Positions 7,486-17,056 of a DNA stretch of 43,926 bases are shown piece by piece. The stretch spans positions 1-43,926 of IMG/VR virus record IMGVR_UViG_3300036975_000075; one strand, 5' to 3'. Every line of letters begins with the position of its first letter. Positions within the stretch are counted from its first letter, which is position 1. The notes beneath the pieces were generated by a model, which worked only from the letters and a program-made list of their open reading frames with translations, was not told the origin of the DNA and did not search any database. The DNA is from a virus. Lineage: Duplodnaviria; Caudoviricetes. The translations under genes and the position numbers were made by a program.

Positions 7486-8804
7486 ACGAACTTTACCGTC
7501 TTTGCCCTTAGTCCCGGTTGACCACCGAAACGGGCAAGATTACCAAGTTCCGCGCATCTTGAAGGTGTCCCATTGCATTCGGTCTCTTCTCCGCTGTAGC
7601 CGCATTCGATTCCTTTGAATCTGCTGTAATACCTGCATTGATTTGCAAAATATTTATCGAGTGGAAATCTCTGATTCAAAGGATTGGGCATTCCCAGGGT
7701 CAGGATTATATATTTATCACTTACCGAGCAATCTTTAACTATAAATTCGCATGAAAGGCTCGACATATCGAGATCAAGATGCTGCGAATTAACCGGCGTC
7801 GCAACTATCGTCGAGCCTATAAGACCATTATAATCTTCGACATAGGGCAATAGATAGTTAACAAGGTCGGCATTGGTTATCTGCAGCTCACGCTCGGGAA
7901 GTTTCGTATCGGCATTATCGTATTTTCCTAATATAAAATTATTTTTGTGATACGTATTTGATATTATCTCCACTACTTCGTCAATATCATAAAGCTGCTC
8001 GATCTGATCAGCCGTCATTGCAATATCATAAATGAATACACTATCAAGAATACCTTCAAAAGCATCGCCATATACATCTTTTCCTATAGTTGCCGACTCT
8101 AAGTTACCGACTATATCAGCGAACCATTCGACGTCGCTCGAAGACCCCGTATCATAAACCGGCGTCACTATTGAACCGTCGATATACATCTTACTGCCGG
8201 CCGAATCCATTGTCACAGCTATATGATGCCAGGCATTGTCGTCATAAGTAGTTGCACCGGGCGAATGAAAACCGATTGCATTGCCGTAATATGAATCGAA
8301 TATCTCGACATAAATCTTACCGTCCGCCCCGAGATAAATTTCGATATGATAAGCGTAGTAAACCGCCTGGTCGAAGCTAATCAGCATTTCCTTCGCCGAT
8401 ATTGTATCCTTTTTAAACCATAATGCAATTGTACCCTCCGTATTGTCCTCGACCCCTTCAATTGCATTTTCAATATCGATATAATCGCTCGACCCGTTAA
8501 AGCTCAGTGCATTATCGAATTGCCCCTCGACCGATATGTCCTCTGTGTTCTGCTGAGCTTCACCATGATAATTATTACCCGAAGAATCGAGAATAGTTTT
8601 TGACGCTGCATCATCGTCGAGCTTCCAGTTAGCCACAGGATCGATTGTGCTCTCGTATGCATAAACGATATTTTCGTTATTATCGACAAAATGCAAGACT
8701 TCATCGACACCGTCGATATCTATATCCAGCAGCCAGAGCATCGCCGATCTGGTTGCGAGCTTATTTTTTTCATTATTAATATCGGCCGGTAAGATAACTG
8801 GCAT
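7482..8804 (-). CDS. gpL-like minor tail protein with an inserted LamG/ConA-like domain
   Basis: gpL-like N terminus and C-terminal four-Cys/RFGG segment flanking WKLDD..DSSGNNYHG..WHHIAVT. Confidence 0.8.
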   Translation of the reverse strand: MPVILPADINNEKNKLATRSAMLWLLDIDIDGVDEVLHFVDNNENIVYAYESTIDPVANWKLDDDAASKTILDSSGNNYHGEAQQNTEDISVEGQFDNALSFNGSSDYIDIENAIEGVEDNTEGTIALWFKKDTISAKEMLISFDQAVYYAYHIEIYLGADGKIYVEIFDSYYGNAIGFHSPGATTYDDNAWHHIAVTMDSAGSKMYIDGSIVTPVYDTGSSSDVEWFADIVGNLESATIGKDVYGDAFEGILDSVFIYDIAMTADQIEQLYDIDEVVEIISNTYHKNNFILGKYDNADTKLPERELQITNADLVNYLLPYVEDYNGLIGSTIVATPVNSQHLDLDMSSLSCEFIVKDCSVSDKYIILTLGMPNPLNQRFPLDKYFANQCRYYSRFKGIECGYSGEETECNGTPSRCAELGNLARFGGQPGLRAKTVKFV

Positions 8805-8813
8805 TTCGTTTCC

Positions 8814-9554
8814 TTAAGTATAATAATATTCAATGATAATCGAGAATGCGGGCATATTTGCATTCGTGCCCTGCGTAAGGGAAAAGAGCAGATGTTCACC
8901 GGCGTTCAATGATGCATTATCAAGATTGCCAAGGTCCTCATAATCGCTCGACGGTGGTTGCGTAGCTGCGTTATAAGTCTTGGTAACTATCGAATTTGAT
9001 GCATCATCTGTAATTGCAATAACAGCCGTATTACTATTATCTATTCCAGCCGGAGCACCCTCGGTAAGAATTCCTACCGACTCAATAGTCACTGTCTTTG
9101 GATTGACGAAAATAGGCCGGTTTGCAATATCGGCATCGGCCGCTAAATCTTCGATTCTTATAATAGCTTGTCTCATTTTTTCCACCTGCTTTCCAAACAT
9201 GGATAATTTTGCGTAATACAAATTGATACAGCCGGATTCCAGAGATATATCAATCGGCTGTATCAATCTCATTTCCCAGTCTTCGTTTGTTATGGGATTG
9301 CGCCAGTCGAATTTAGAGCTTCCAATTTTTATATGATCTTCGTAGTCGGCTATAATTTCTTTTTCGGCATACGTCAGATAGCTATAAGTAAACGTAAGCA
9401 GCTTCGGCAATGCCGTAGTAAACCTCGCCCTTGATGCAATATCGCCATTGGCAAACTCGCTTCTTATGGTGGGATCGATCGGCCTGCTTTCGGTCCAGCC
9501 CTTAAGGGCATCCGGTGCCCTGCTCAAATCAAATGTCGGAAAAGGTTTTGCCAT
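8814..9554 (-). CDS. Distal tail protein (gpM/Dit-like) with C-terminal extension
   Basis: Follows tape measure; DPTIRSEF..RARFT..FDWRNP pattern. Confidence 0.72.
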   Translation of the reverse strand: MAKPFPTFDLSRAPDALKGWTESRPIDPTIRSEFANGDIASRARFTTALPKLLTFTYSYLTYAEKEIIADYEDHIKIGSSKFDWRNPITNEDWEMRLIQPIDISLESGCINLYYAKLSMFGKQVEKMRQAIIRIEDLAADADIANRPIFVNPKTVTIESVGILTEGAPAGIDNSNTAVIAITDDASNSIVTKTYNAATQPPSSDYEDLGNLDNASLNAGEHLLFSLTQGTNANMPAFSIIIEYYYT

Positions 9555-9555
9555 G

Positions 9556-11805
9556 CTATCCTCTTATCATTTTCCTAAATCTGCCATCCTGCCTTGCATT
9601 TTTAGCAATAATAGATAATACCCACTTTTCGCCGTCGAATTGAGGCTGGGATGCCTCGAACGGCTGTCCTGTCTGATTGTAAATATTGACCGTGGGGGCT
9701 CCTGATTTCAAACTACTCGTTTTGACAACACTTTCATCCGTTGTTGCTATAATAGGAACCTCATTGGTTGCCAGATTTAGACCATTATGTGCTCGCTTTG
9801 CCCCTATAAATACATCAGGTGAAACGAATCGAGTTTCTGAAGGATTGCCGATTTCACCGCCTCTATGATATTCTCCTACATTAAAATCGAGTGCCCCGCC
9901 AATCCCGCGGGTAATACCGGTAGCTACCTGAAACGAAGCAATCTGTACCATCGCCGCGGCGATACTTTTACTAAAACTCTCAAAAAAGTTTTTAGAATTC
10001 ATTGTCGAATCATAAAAGGCACTTGCCATCGAATCGCGGAACGAAGTCGCCACATTATAGCCAAGTTCACCCCACGTATATAAATCATCTTCCATTTGCA
10101 TTGTAGCCCCGCGAAAGCCGTCGGCGATACTGTCGGATGATTCGAGCATTTTAATTGTCAACTCCCTCTCCTGAGCCTGATACCATTTATCGAGTAATGC
10201 TTTATCGTTTATGAACTCCGAATAATCCTCCAATTGAAGATCAAGTAATTGTATCTGGGCGTCCCTGTACTGCTTGTCTTTAATACCCAGATCATCGTAC
10301 ATCCGCGCTGTTATCTGTGCCCGCTTCGATGCAAATTTTTGATTTTCATCCTCAACTTTGGCCATTTCGGCGATTTGCTTTTCGGTCAACTTCGGAAACT
10401 TCTGCTCGAGCGCATCGATTTCCTGCTCGAACGCGGAGCGAGGTTTAAAATTAATTCCTTCTTCTATAGATTTTCTGAATAATTCTGGGTCCTGTAAAGT
10501 TTCAGGGCCACCTTCCTGCTCTTTAAAAGATTCCCTCAACATTTTTGATAAGGAATTATATGTTTTCAAGTAATTGCGAATGTTATTAATCTTACCCAGA
10601 TCATCGCTGAGTAAGCCGATAAATCTACCTGCCAGATTGGATTGAATAACAGAAAATCCACCTTCTAATTTTTGAATGTCACGTAAAACCTTTTGATACC
10701 TGCTCAAGGCATCCGTTACATCGTTCAAGACAGGCAGTAATGTATTGAGTTCAAATGAGGCTACCTCACCTAAACTTCTTTTAAGTTCCAGCCAGTGCTG
10801 TTTTGTTTGATTCAATCTATAGGAGGTGGTTTCACTCGCCTTTTGAAAATTTTCTTCAGCCAGGCCGACCGAGTTTAAAATGTACTTATAATCTTCGGCA
10901 ACCAAACCGGAATTTTTGAGTTGGGATGCAAAACCGACAAGACCGCGAATACTCGGCATCAACGCTTCAAGCTGGGCGGCATTTGCCTTTTTAAGCCTGT
11001 CCATTATAGTAATCAGACCGGCTCCCTTGACTGAATTCTCATCTAATGTAAAGCCAAGCTCGGCCGCCGCCTTTCTGGCGGCCTCGGAAGGATTAATGAA
11101 TTGATTCAAAATATTCTTTAACGCCGTTACCGCTTTATCCGCTGAAAGCCCTGCCTTTGTCATCGTCGCCAGTGATGCGCCTACCGCCTCCAGTTCGATA
11201 TCCAGATAGGCGGTCAAGCCTATCACATCACCTACATTACTTGCATAATCCTCAAAATCCATCCGGCCCCGACGAACCGTAGCATGCATAATATCCTGAA
11301 GTCTGGCTGTTTTTTCTACCTCCCAGTTGTATGCCTTTAATATCTGAACCGTAGCACTGACAGTGACATCGGCTGTTGTAAAACCGCCGATTGCAGATCG
11401 AGTTGATTTGTTTAAAACCTCCATTGCATCGGCGGCATCTATCGTTGACGAAAGAATATCATAAGTACCTTTTGTCATCGAGGCGGCCGCTTCACCGTAT
11501 TCACGTGACATACGGCGTATTTCTTTGTCATACTGAGGCAGATATTTTATTGTCTGAGAATCAAGCTGTGTAGAAATTTTAGCCAGACCCTTTTCGTAAT
11601 CGGCAAATTCTTTAATGGAATCTATTAATTCCCTCCGCAGCATATACATCCCACCGCCGACACCGGCCATCGCCAGCATACTCCGGCCGAGATTCATCAC
11701 TGTTGTCTTGACGGAATTGAGCTGGCGATTATAGGCGGCAATCTCCCCGGCCGCCTTGTTCTGTGCGGTAAACTGAGCTACTATTCTGCGAACATCCTCA
11801 GCCAA
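9556..11805 (-). CDS. Tail tape measure protein (TP901-family-like)
   Basis: 749 aa helical; LATMTKAGLSADKAVTALKN pattern; synteny. Confidence 0.92.
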   Translation of the reverse strand: MAEDVRRIVAQFTAQNKAAGEIAAYNRQLNSVKTTVMNLGRSMLAMAGVGGGMYMLRRELIDSIKEFADYEKGLAKISTQLDSQTIKYLPQYDKEIRRMSREYGEAAASMTKGTYDILSSTIDAADAMEVLNKSTRSAIGGFTTADVTVSATVQILKAYNWEVEKTARLQDIMHATVRRGRMDFEDYASNVGDVIGLTAYLDIELEAVGASLATMTKAGLSADKAVTALKNILNQFINPSEAARKAAAELGFTLDENSVKGAGLITIMDRLKKANAAQLEALMPSIRGLVGFASQLKNSGLVAEDYKYILNSVGLAEENFQKASETTSYRLNQTKQHWLELKRSLGEVASFELNTLLPVLNDVTDALSRYQKVLRDIQKLEGGFSVIQSNLAGRFIGLLSDDLGKINNIRNYLKTYNSLSKMLRESFKEQEGGPETLQDPELFRKSIEEGINFKPRSAFEQEIDALEQKFPKLTEKQIAEMAKVEDENQKFASKRAQITARMYDDLGIKDKQYRDAQIQLLDLQLEDYSEFINDKALLDKWYQAQERELTIKMLESSDSIADGFRGATMQMEDDLYTWGELGYNVATSFRDSMASAFYDSTMNSKNFFESFSKSIAAAMVQIASFQVATGITRGIGGALDFNVGEYHRGGEIGNPSETRFVSPDVFIGAKRAHNGLNLATNEVPIIATTDESVVKTSSLKSGAPTVNIYNQTGQPFEASQPQFDGEKWVLSIIAKNARQDGRFRKMIRG

Positions 11806-11812
11806 TTTTCAC

Positions 11813-11884
11813 TCCATAAAAATAGTTCATAAGTCATAAGTGCATAAGCCTTATGATCCTTTGCCCTTGTGCTCTTTTGCTCTG
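11813..11884. repeat. CATAAGT heptamer array plus 8-mer (TTGTGCTC-like) array
   Basis: cataagt cataagtg cataagc c ttatgat cctttgcc cttgtgct cttttgct; closely related to 13394-13465. Confidence 0.8.
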
Positions 11885-11896
11885 ATTAGCCTGCGG

Positions 11897-12481
11897 CTAA
11901 TCCAGTCCCATCGCAACCACATCGACATCCATTGTGCTCGATCCCGTACCATCATGCTCAAGCTTGAGATTCTTATTTGTTGTCAAATCAAGACCAGCTG
12001 CCGATGGATCCGCCCATAAAAATACTCCGCCCGGTTTGATTAATGCAATATCCGAAGTATCTGCAAAGATATCCAGATCGTTGGATGCGCCGCCGCCGAC
12101 TTTTAAAGTCGCATCGGATGAGTTATTCTTGATATAAAGAAACTTTAACGCCTCCATCGTCAGCGACTGTTTGAATATATCCAGCAGCGAGCCGCTTGCA
12201 TACAAATCCAGTGTCGTATTGGCACCATCGGCAAGTGTAGCTGTGTCGGCATAGATGACATTAACTGCGTTAGCTGCCGTCCCGTAGGTCCAGAGCTGGT
12301 TATCGACCTGGATAGGGATCATCGTTTCTGCCAGATCGCCGGAAAGATAATGCTTGAGATTTATTTCTACCCCGGCCCTGCCGCTGATTCTCGTCGAACC
12401 GACGGCGTAAATAACGGAGGCCAGAATACAAAACACAGAACACAGGACACAGAACATTAGAATTGTTTTTACTCGTTTCAT
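11897..12481 (-). CDS. Hypothetical protein in tail module with signal-peptide-like N terminus
   Basis: 194 aa, AAGGAGA RBS; hydrophobic N terminus encoded by a heptamer array. Confidence 0.75.
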   Translation of the reverse strand: MKRVKTILMFCVLCSVFCILASVIYAVGSTRISGRAGVEINLKHYLSGDLAETMIPIQVDNQLWTYGTAANAVNVIYADTATLADGANTTLDLYASGSLLDIFKQSLTMEALKFLYIKNNSSDATLKVGGGASNDLDIFADTSDIALIKPGGVFLWADPSAAGLDLTTNKNLKLEHDGTGSSTMDVDVVAMGLD

Positions 12482-12500
12482 TTTTAATTCTCCTTAATAT

Positions 12501-13186
12501 TTATAAACCAAATGCCCTTTTTATTTGTTCTTTCGTCGGCGGTTTCGGAACATCCTTTTCATGGTCGAATGTCCCGTTGAGCTGTTTCCAAATCCGGTCA
12601 ATTTCTCTTTTTAATCTGCCGTTTTTATCGCCGCACATCGATATCTCAACTATATAACCTAATAGCAGCGTTCGCAGATTCTCGGCAGGTTCGCCCGCCG
12701 GCCAGTAATATTCTAAGACCCATTGCTCTTTAAGCTCTCTTGCTGTGTGTCTTTCGAGAAGTTCTGTAACTGAGCATCTGTAATCTCTCGCAGTTTTAAC
12801 AAGCCATCTTCGCCAAGGGTCTCTACCAAGTTTTTTAGTATGTCCTCCAGGCCTTCGGGGTTCTGGCCGTTGATCCGAAGTGCCATTCTTTTTATCTTGG
12901 CCAGCTCTTTTGCAGGCCAGAAAGAGGCAATTACATCCACATCTTCCTTGCCGTAAATGTAATTGTAATTCTCATCGCGAATGGCCACCTGGCATATCTT
13001 GGCGGTTGCCTTGTTTCGAATCTCCGGATTAGGACTTTCTTCGTAAGCCCTGCACGCTTCCGCCTCAAAACTGCTGAACTCTACTACATAAATCTCCTGA
13101 CCAAAAAAAGTTGCCTTTTCTTTTTTACGGTTTTTCTGGTCCTGTGTTTTTTGTACTGCCTGCTTGATCTCCTTTGCCGACGGCAT
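12501..13186 (-). CDS. Tail assembly chaperone gpG (12713..13186) and -1 frameshift product gpGT (ends 12501)
   Basis: Slippery A AAA AAC at 12830-12836; the -1 frame reads KLGRDPWRRWLVKTARDYRCSVTELLERHTARELKEQWVLEYYWPAGEPAENLR..., gpT-like. Confidence 0.85.
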
Positions 13187-13379
13187 TAACCGCTCCTTTC
13201 GTTTTGACTGTCTGATTTTCAGTTACGACTTTTGCCCGATTGCCTTTGATAAGCCTTTTGGCATAATATAAATCGATATCTTTGCCGACCGTTTTTCTCT
13301 GGCCTTTTTTGCCTGCCATTTCTTTCGGTGCCGAGCAATCGTCCACGTGCTCGATGATATCTCCGTTCTTTAAGCTCAT
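13125..13379 (-). CDS. Small hypothetical protein
   Basis: Likely start MSLKNGD with GAAAGGA RBS. Confidence 0.55.
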   Translation of the reverse strand: MSLKNGDIIEHVDDCSAPKEMAGKKGQRKTVGKDIDLYYAKRLIKGNRAKVVTENQTVKTKGAVNAVGKGDQAGSTKNTGPEKP

Positions 13380-13393
13380 TGAATATCCTTTCT

Positions 13394-13465
13394 TATAAGT
13401 TAATAAGTGCACAAGTCATAAGTGCATAAGGCTTATGCTCCTGTGCTCTATTGCTCTTTCGCTCT
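13394..13465. repeat. CATAAGT heptamer plus 8-mer array
   Basis: tataagt taataagtg cacaagt cataagtg cataagg cttatgct cctgtgct ctattgct ctttcgct. Confidence 0.8.
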
Positions 13466-13469
13466 GACC

Positions 13470-13886
13470 TTACGCCGCTACATCGGTATAAGTTGCCTTG
13501 CCGCTTCTTGCGAATGTCACATCGACCGAGTGAGGCTCGCCCGCGGACCCGAAATTCGGATCGCCGAGAGTTGAAATTATCGCATCGCACGAGATTGAGC
13601 TGGTATCGCTAAATGTGACCAGTAATGTCGCCTTCGTTCGGGCGAGATAATCAGTGTTAAGGTCGTTGTAAACGCCCTCGTTTGAACCGTCATAATAAAC
13701 AGTAATCGATAGCTCACCTGAATCGATAAGACCTGCGATCTTTTCCTTGCAATTATCCTCACTGTCAACGGATGCTATTGTAAATATGTCGGTTGAACGA
13801 CTGCCGTTATGAGTTTGCATCTCGCCGATATTGTTGCTGTTAAATGTCAATACCGTACCGAGTGATGTTATTGCGTTTGAAGCCAT
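13470..13886 (-). CDS. Tail tube protein
   Basis: 138 aa; KEKIAGLIDSGELS motif; upstream of the chaperone. Confidence 0.85.
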   Translation of the reverse strand: MASNAITSLGTVLTFNSNNIGEMQTHNGSRSTDIFTIASVDSEDNCKEKIAGLIDSGELSITVYYDGSNEGVYNDLNTDYLARTKATLLVTFSDTSSISCDAIISTLGDPNFGSAGEPHSVDVTFARSGKATYTDVAA

Positions 13887-13933
13887 TTTTTATTCTCCTT
13901 AAAAATTTTAATTTATGATTTTTAATTTTGCCC

Positions 13934-14401
13934 TTACGGGGCGCTATAGCCATCCTTCAATGCCGTCTGGTAAAGAACCTCGGTCTTTATTATCATTTCA
14001 ACCCCACCATCGATAATAGCTTCATTGACCGAAGGGCAGTCAATATTCAGGGCCAGCCCCCCGCACGCCCGGCCCAGGGCATTGCCCGCCAGTATTGTCC
14101 TTCTAATAGTCTCAGCGAACCGGGCAAGAACGGTATCCGCCGCCGTATCTACCGGAAGATCTCTGATTATTGCATAAAGCATGAAAACCGCCAATTCGGT
14201 CCTGCTCGAAGTAGTTGTCGTTGATTGTGTATCATAAGGTCCTAACTCGATAATAACGTCGCCGTGTGCGAACTGGCTCTCTTCCCAGTCAAGAATCTTC
14301 GGCCGGACACTCCGCAACGTCAAGGTTGCATCCGGGTCCTGAACGCCGTCTAAGGCATCGTTAATCCACTGGGCAATTTGTTCAATTATCGGTTCCGCCA
14401 T
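13934..14401 (-). CDS. Tail terminator (gpU-like)
   Basis: Synteny and size; CGGLALNI motif. Confidence 0.7.
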   Translation of the reverse strand: MAEPIIEQIAQWINDALDGVQDPDATLTLRSVRPKILDWEESQFAHGDVIIELGPYDTQSTTTTSSRTELAVFMLYAIIRDLPVDTAADTVLARFAETIRRTILAGNALGRACGGLALNIDCPSVNEAIIDGGVEMIIKTEVLYQTALKDGYSAP

Positions 14402-15019
14402 TTATCTTTTATTCCATCGTTTAAGCATATATCCCGTGCGCTGAACAATCTCTTTTTGAAGTCTTGTAACTCCTTCGTCCCCAAGTCTCTTCATGTCCTC
14501 GGCCTTTATAAATTTATCCAGTCCCGGCGCCCTCTGTGCGTAAATAGCCTCTATATTTCTGCCTCGCCAGTCGATTCTTTTAACCCGGCCGATATAATAC
14601 CTTGATCGAAGCCATACCTGCCTGCCGCGACTCTCGCCGGTCGCTATAAAGGCATGTCGCAAAAGCTGCCGGCCTCCCCCGAAAGGCAATCGATAAGTCA
14701 CCCCCGCATCCGTCTGCTGCGGGTCGAGATCAATCAATGGCTTTGAGTAAGTCTCGGCATATAAAGCTGTTCGTAATTTCGCTGTTGTAGGGTAATCGAT
14801 ATGCAAATATTTTTTTATATCGCCAATATTGGCCTTGTTTCCTTTGCCGCGGCTGGAAATCCTTGATTTAACGATTCTTGATAAAACCGCACGAGAATGC
14901 ACAACCGCTGCTCTTAAAGATGCGCGGGCCACTCTCGGCCAGGCACGCGGGATTGCACGAAGAATGTGCTGTGCCTCTGCTATAGATTTTTCATCAAGTT
15001 TTATTTGAACAGCAAGCAT
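14402..15019 (-). CDS. Tail completion protein (gpZ-like)
   Basis: Basic 205 aa; LRHAFIAT..QVWLR pattern. Confidence 0.75.
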   Translation of the reverse strand: MLAVQIKLDEKSIAEAQHILRAIPRAWPRVARASLRAAVVHSRAVLSRIVKSRISSRGKGNKANIGDIKKYLHIDYPTTAKLRTALYAETYSKPLIDLDPQQTDAGVTYRLPFGGGRQLLRHAFIATGESRGRQVWLRSRYYIGRVKRIDWRGRNIEAIYAQRAPGLDKFIKAEDMKRLGDEGVTRLQKEIVQRTGYMLKRWNKR

Positions 15020-15050
15020 AATTGTTAGTTTTTAGTTTTAAGTATTAAGT

Positions 15051-15320
15051 TTATTTTAAGAGACTCAATACCCCTGCTACAAGACCACCACCGCCGGCGG
15101 CCGCTGAGCCGAGACACAAGCCTACAACAATCCACTTTGCTTTTATCACCGCCTGACCGTGCGGGCAGGAAGCCACATGAGCAACCATTACCTCTTGTAT
15201 AATATCTTTGGCAACCTCCCTGGCCGATTCGTGTATATATGCCTTTTCTTCAGCATTCAAAGTCATATCTATCTCCTGTCTTCTGTCTTCTGACTTCTGT
15301 CTTATTTCGACTCGTACCAT
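15051..15320 (-). CDS. Small membrane protein
   Basis: C-terminal hydrophobic helix; true start may be MTLNAEE. Confidence 0.6.
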   Translation of the reverse strand: MVRVEIRQKSEDRRQEIDMTLNAEEKAYIHESAREVAKDIIQEVMVAHVASCPHGQAVIKAKWIVVGLCLGSAAAGGGGLVAGVLSLLK

Positions 15321-15730
15321 ACCCAGACAGTTGTCTGTTTTATTATTCTCGTCAATCTAAACAGCCGGGCTGCGGATCCTTTTCTCGGTGGACAGCTTAT
15401 CGTCTGGCCCTGCTCGAATTCATCGGCTGCTATCCCGATAGCCGAGTCGTTGGCGGTCTTGATCTGTATTAACGGACTTCGATGCCTGATGCCCGGCGAT
15501 GCCTGGCTGGCATCTTCAAGGTGCTTGATTATTACAGTAATTTCCCTGCTCAAAACACCCGGCCGATAGATCGCATCTATCCCGAACTGATCGAGAAAAG
15601 TTTCGCGAGTATTCAAGACAGACTCATCGAAATCGTTCAGGTCATCCGGGGCCTCGTAGGTCGGCTCATCTATATAGACAAGCCTGCCCTTAGTCGCAAT
15701 GGCCGTTATATTGTTACCGTAATTTGTCAT
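15302..15730 (-). CDS. Head-tail joining/closure protein (gpFII-like)
   Basis: FLDQFGIDAIYRP pattern; synteny. Confidence 0.6.
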   Translation of the reverse strand: MTNYGNNITAIATKGRLVYIDEPTYEAPDDLNDFDESVLNTRETFLDQFGIDAIYRPGVLSREITVIIKHLEDASQASPGIRHRSPLIQIKTANDSAIGIAADEFEQGQTISCPPRKGSAARLFRLTRIIKQTTVWVWYESK

Positions 15731-16263
15731 ATTTTTATCGTTATCGAAGGCGGCGAAGTTTCGTTTGTAGTAATCTCGGCTATTACAGTAGTCTCATCGT
15801 CCGGATCGAGTATTTCGTAAGTGCTCGTCGAGCCGGATTTGAGCTGCATTTTCATTACTGCAAACGCGTTAATAATCTTCATTACCTTTGCAAAAGTCCA
15901 CGTTCCACCCTCGGTGACATCGGTTAAAAGCAGTGATTGTGCTTTGTCGCCAAGATGCTCGTTATAGACGATATTAAGATTCCCGCTTTCTTTAGCATAA
16001 GAAATATAATTAACACCCGATAGCCAGGCCGCCGCGGCAATCGACAAGCTCCATGCAGCTCCGCCCTTATACGTAGCCTGACCCGCCGATGATTCTGCCG
16101 CCTGCCAGGAGCTGTCCGAGGCCCGGAACCATTTACCGGCGTTGTCACCGTCCTTGGCGATCAGATAGAAATTGACCGTGCCTGATGTGATCGCCGAACC
16201 GCTGGCCTTGGCAACTACATCGAGAAATACGGTATTAGCCTGTCCCGCAGTAAAAGTCTGCAT
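15727..16263 (-). CDS. Putative virion structural protein
   Basis: Within structural operon; Ala/Ser/Thr rich. Confidence 0.65.
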   Translation of the reverse strand: MQTFTAGQANTVFLDVVAKASGSAITSGTVNFYLIAKDGDNAGKWFRASDSSWQAAESSAGQATYKGGAAWSLSIAAAAWLSGVNYISYAKESGNLNIVYNEHLGDKAQSLLLTDVTEGGTWTFAKVMKIINAFAVMKMQLKSGSTSTYEILDPDDETTVIAEITTNETSPPSITIKI

Positions 16264-16267
16264 TATT

Positions 16268-16687
16268 TTAACCGTTCAACTGGATTACCATACTTACCTG
16301 AAGCGAATCACCGTCCTGCAGCGTCCTTGTAGCTGATAAAGCCGCCACAGCAACAAGTTTGCCGCTATCGTCAACCGTAGTGCCTATAAAGGCATGAACA
16401 GCCCCGCTCCATGCACCGCCGCTGGCGGTAAATGTTACGGTTTTTGTAGTAACTTTTCTGTCATTGGTCCCGGCAGTTGCAGATGTCAAATCGACATTAT
16501 CACTCGCAACAGTCTGTCTTGAATAATTATTGCCTGAAAGCTCGGTCAAATCGGCAAGCGATGCATCCTCTGCAACCGAGACATCAGTACACAAACCGAT
16601 ATAAAAATTAGCAGGTACCGATTGCTCCTCGGTCATGGCAGCTTCGAGAATAAACTGCAATCCTTCTGTACATAGTTCATCTGACAT
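16268..16687 (-). CDS. Putative fibre-associated virion protein
   Basis: YIGL..ELSGNNYSRQ..VTFTASGGAW..RTLQDGDSL pattern typical of small virion proteins. Confidence 0.7.
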   Translation of the reverse strand: MSDELCTEGLQFILEAAMTEEQSVPANFYIGLCTDVSVAEDASLADLTELSGNNYSRQTVASDNVDLTSATAGTNDRKVTTKTVTFTASGGAWSGAVHAFIGTTVDDSGKLVAVAALSATRTLQDGDSLQVSMVIQLNG

Positions 16688-16744
16688 TTTTATTTACCTC
16701 AATAAAAGTTTCTTTTACCGGTTAATAACAATATAAATCAAATA

Positions 16745-17044
16745 CTAATTTGTTTTCGATCCGCCGAGAGCACTTACGCTTAATCTTTCTCTTGCCTTCA
16801 TTTTGTCATTGGCTTCGGCTTTTATATTCTTGGGTTTCGGTATTCTGGTGACAGGTTTGACATCGAATAAAACATCCTTCTCGAATAGACTGTTGCATCC
16901 GGGGCATTCCAGACCGTCATCGGTTGCCAGCCGAAGCCACTTATTAATACCGTAACTGCCTTTGCATTTCGGGCAGACAATCATTTTTTCCTTATCCAGA
17001 TCGTCACCGAACTTGCCGAAGTTTTTTAAATCCTTAATTTCCAT
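16745..17044 (-). CDS. Small zinc-ribbon protein
   Basis: CPKC and CPGC motifs. Confidence 0.65.
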   Translation of the reverse strand: MEIKDLKNFGKFGDDLDKEKMIVCPKCKGSYGINKWLRLATDDGLECPGCNSLFEKDVLFDVKPVTRIPKPKNIKAEANDKMKARERLSVSALGGSKTN

Positions 17045-17056
17045 TTTAACCTCACT

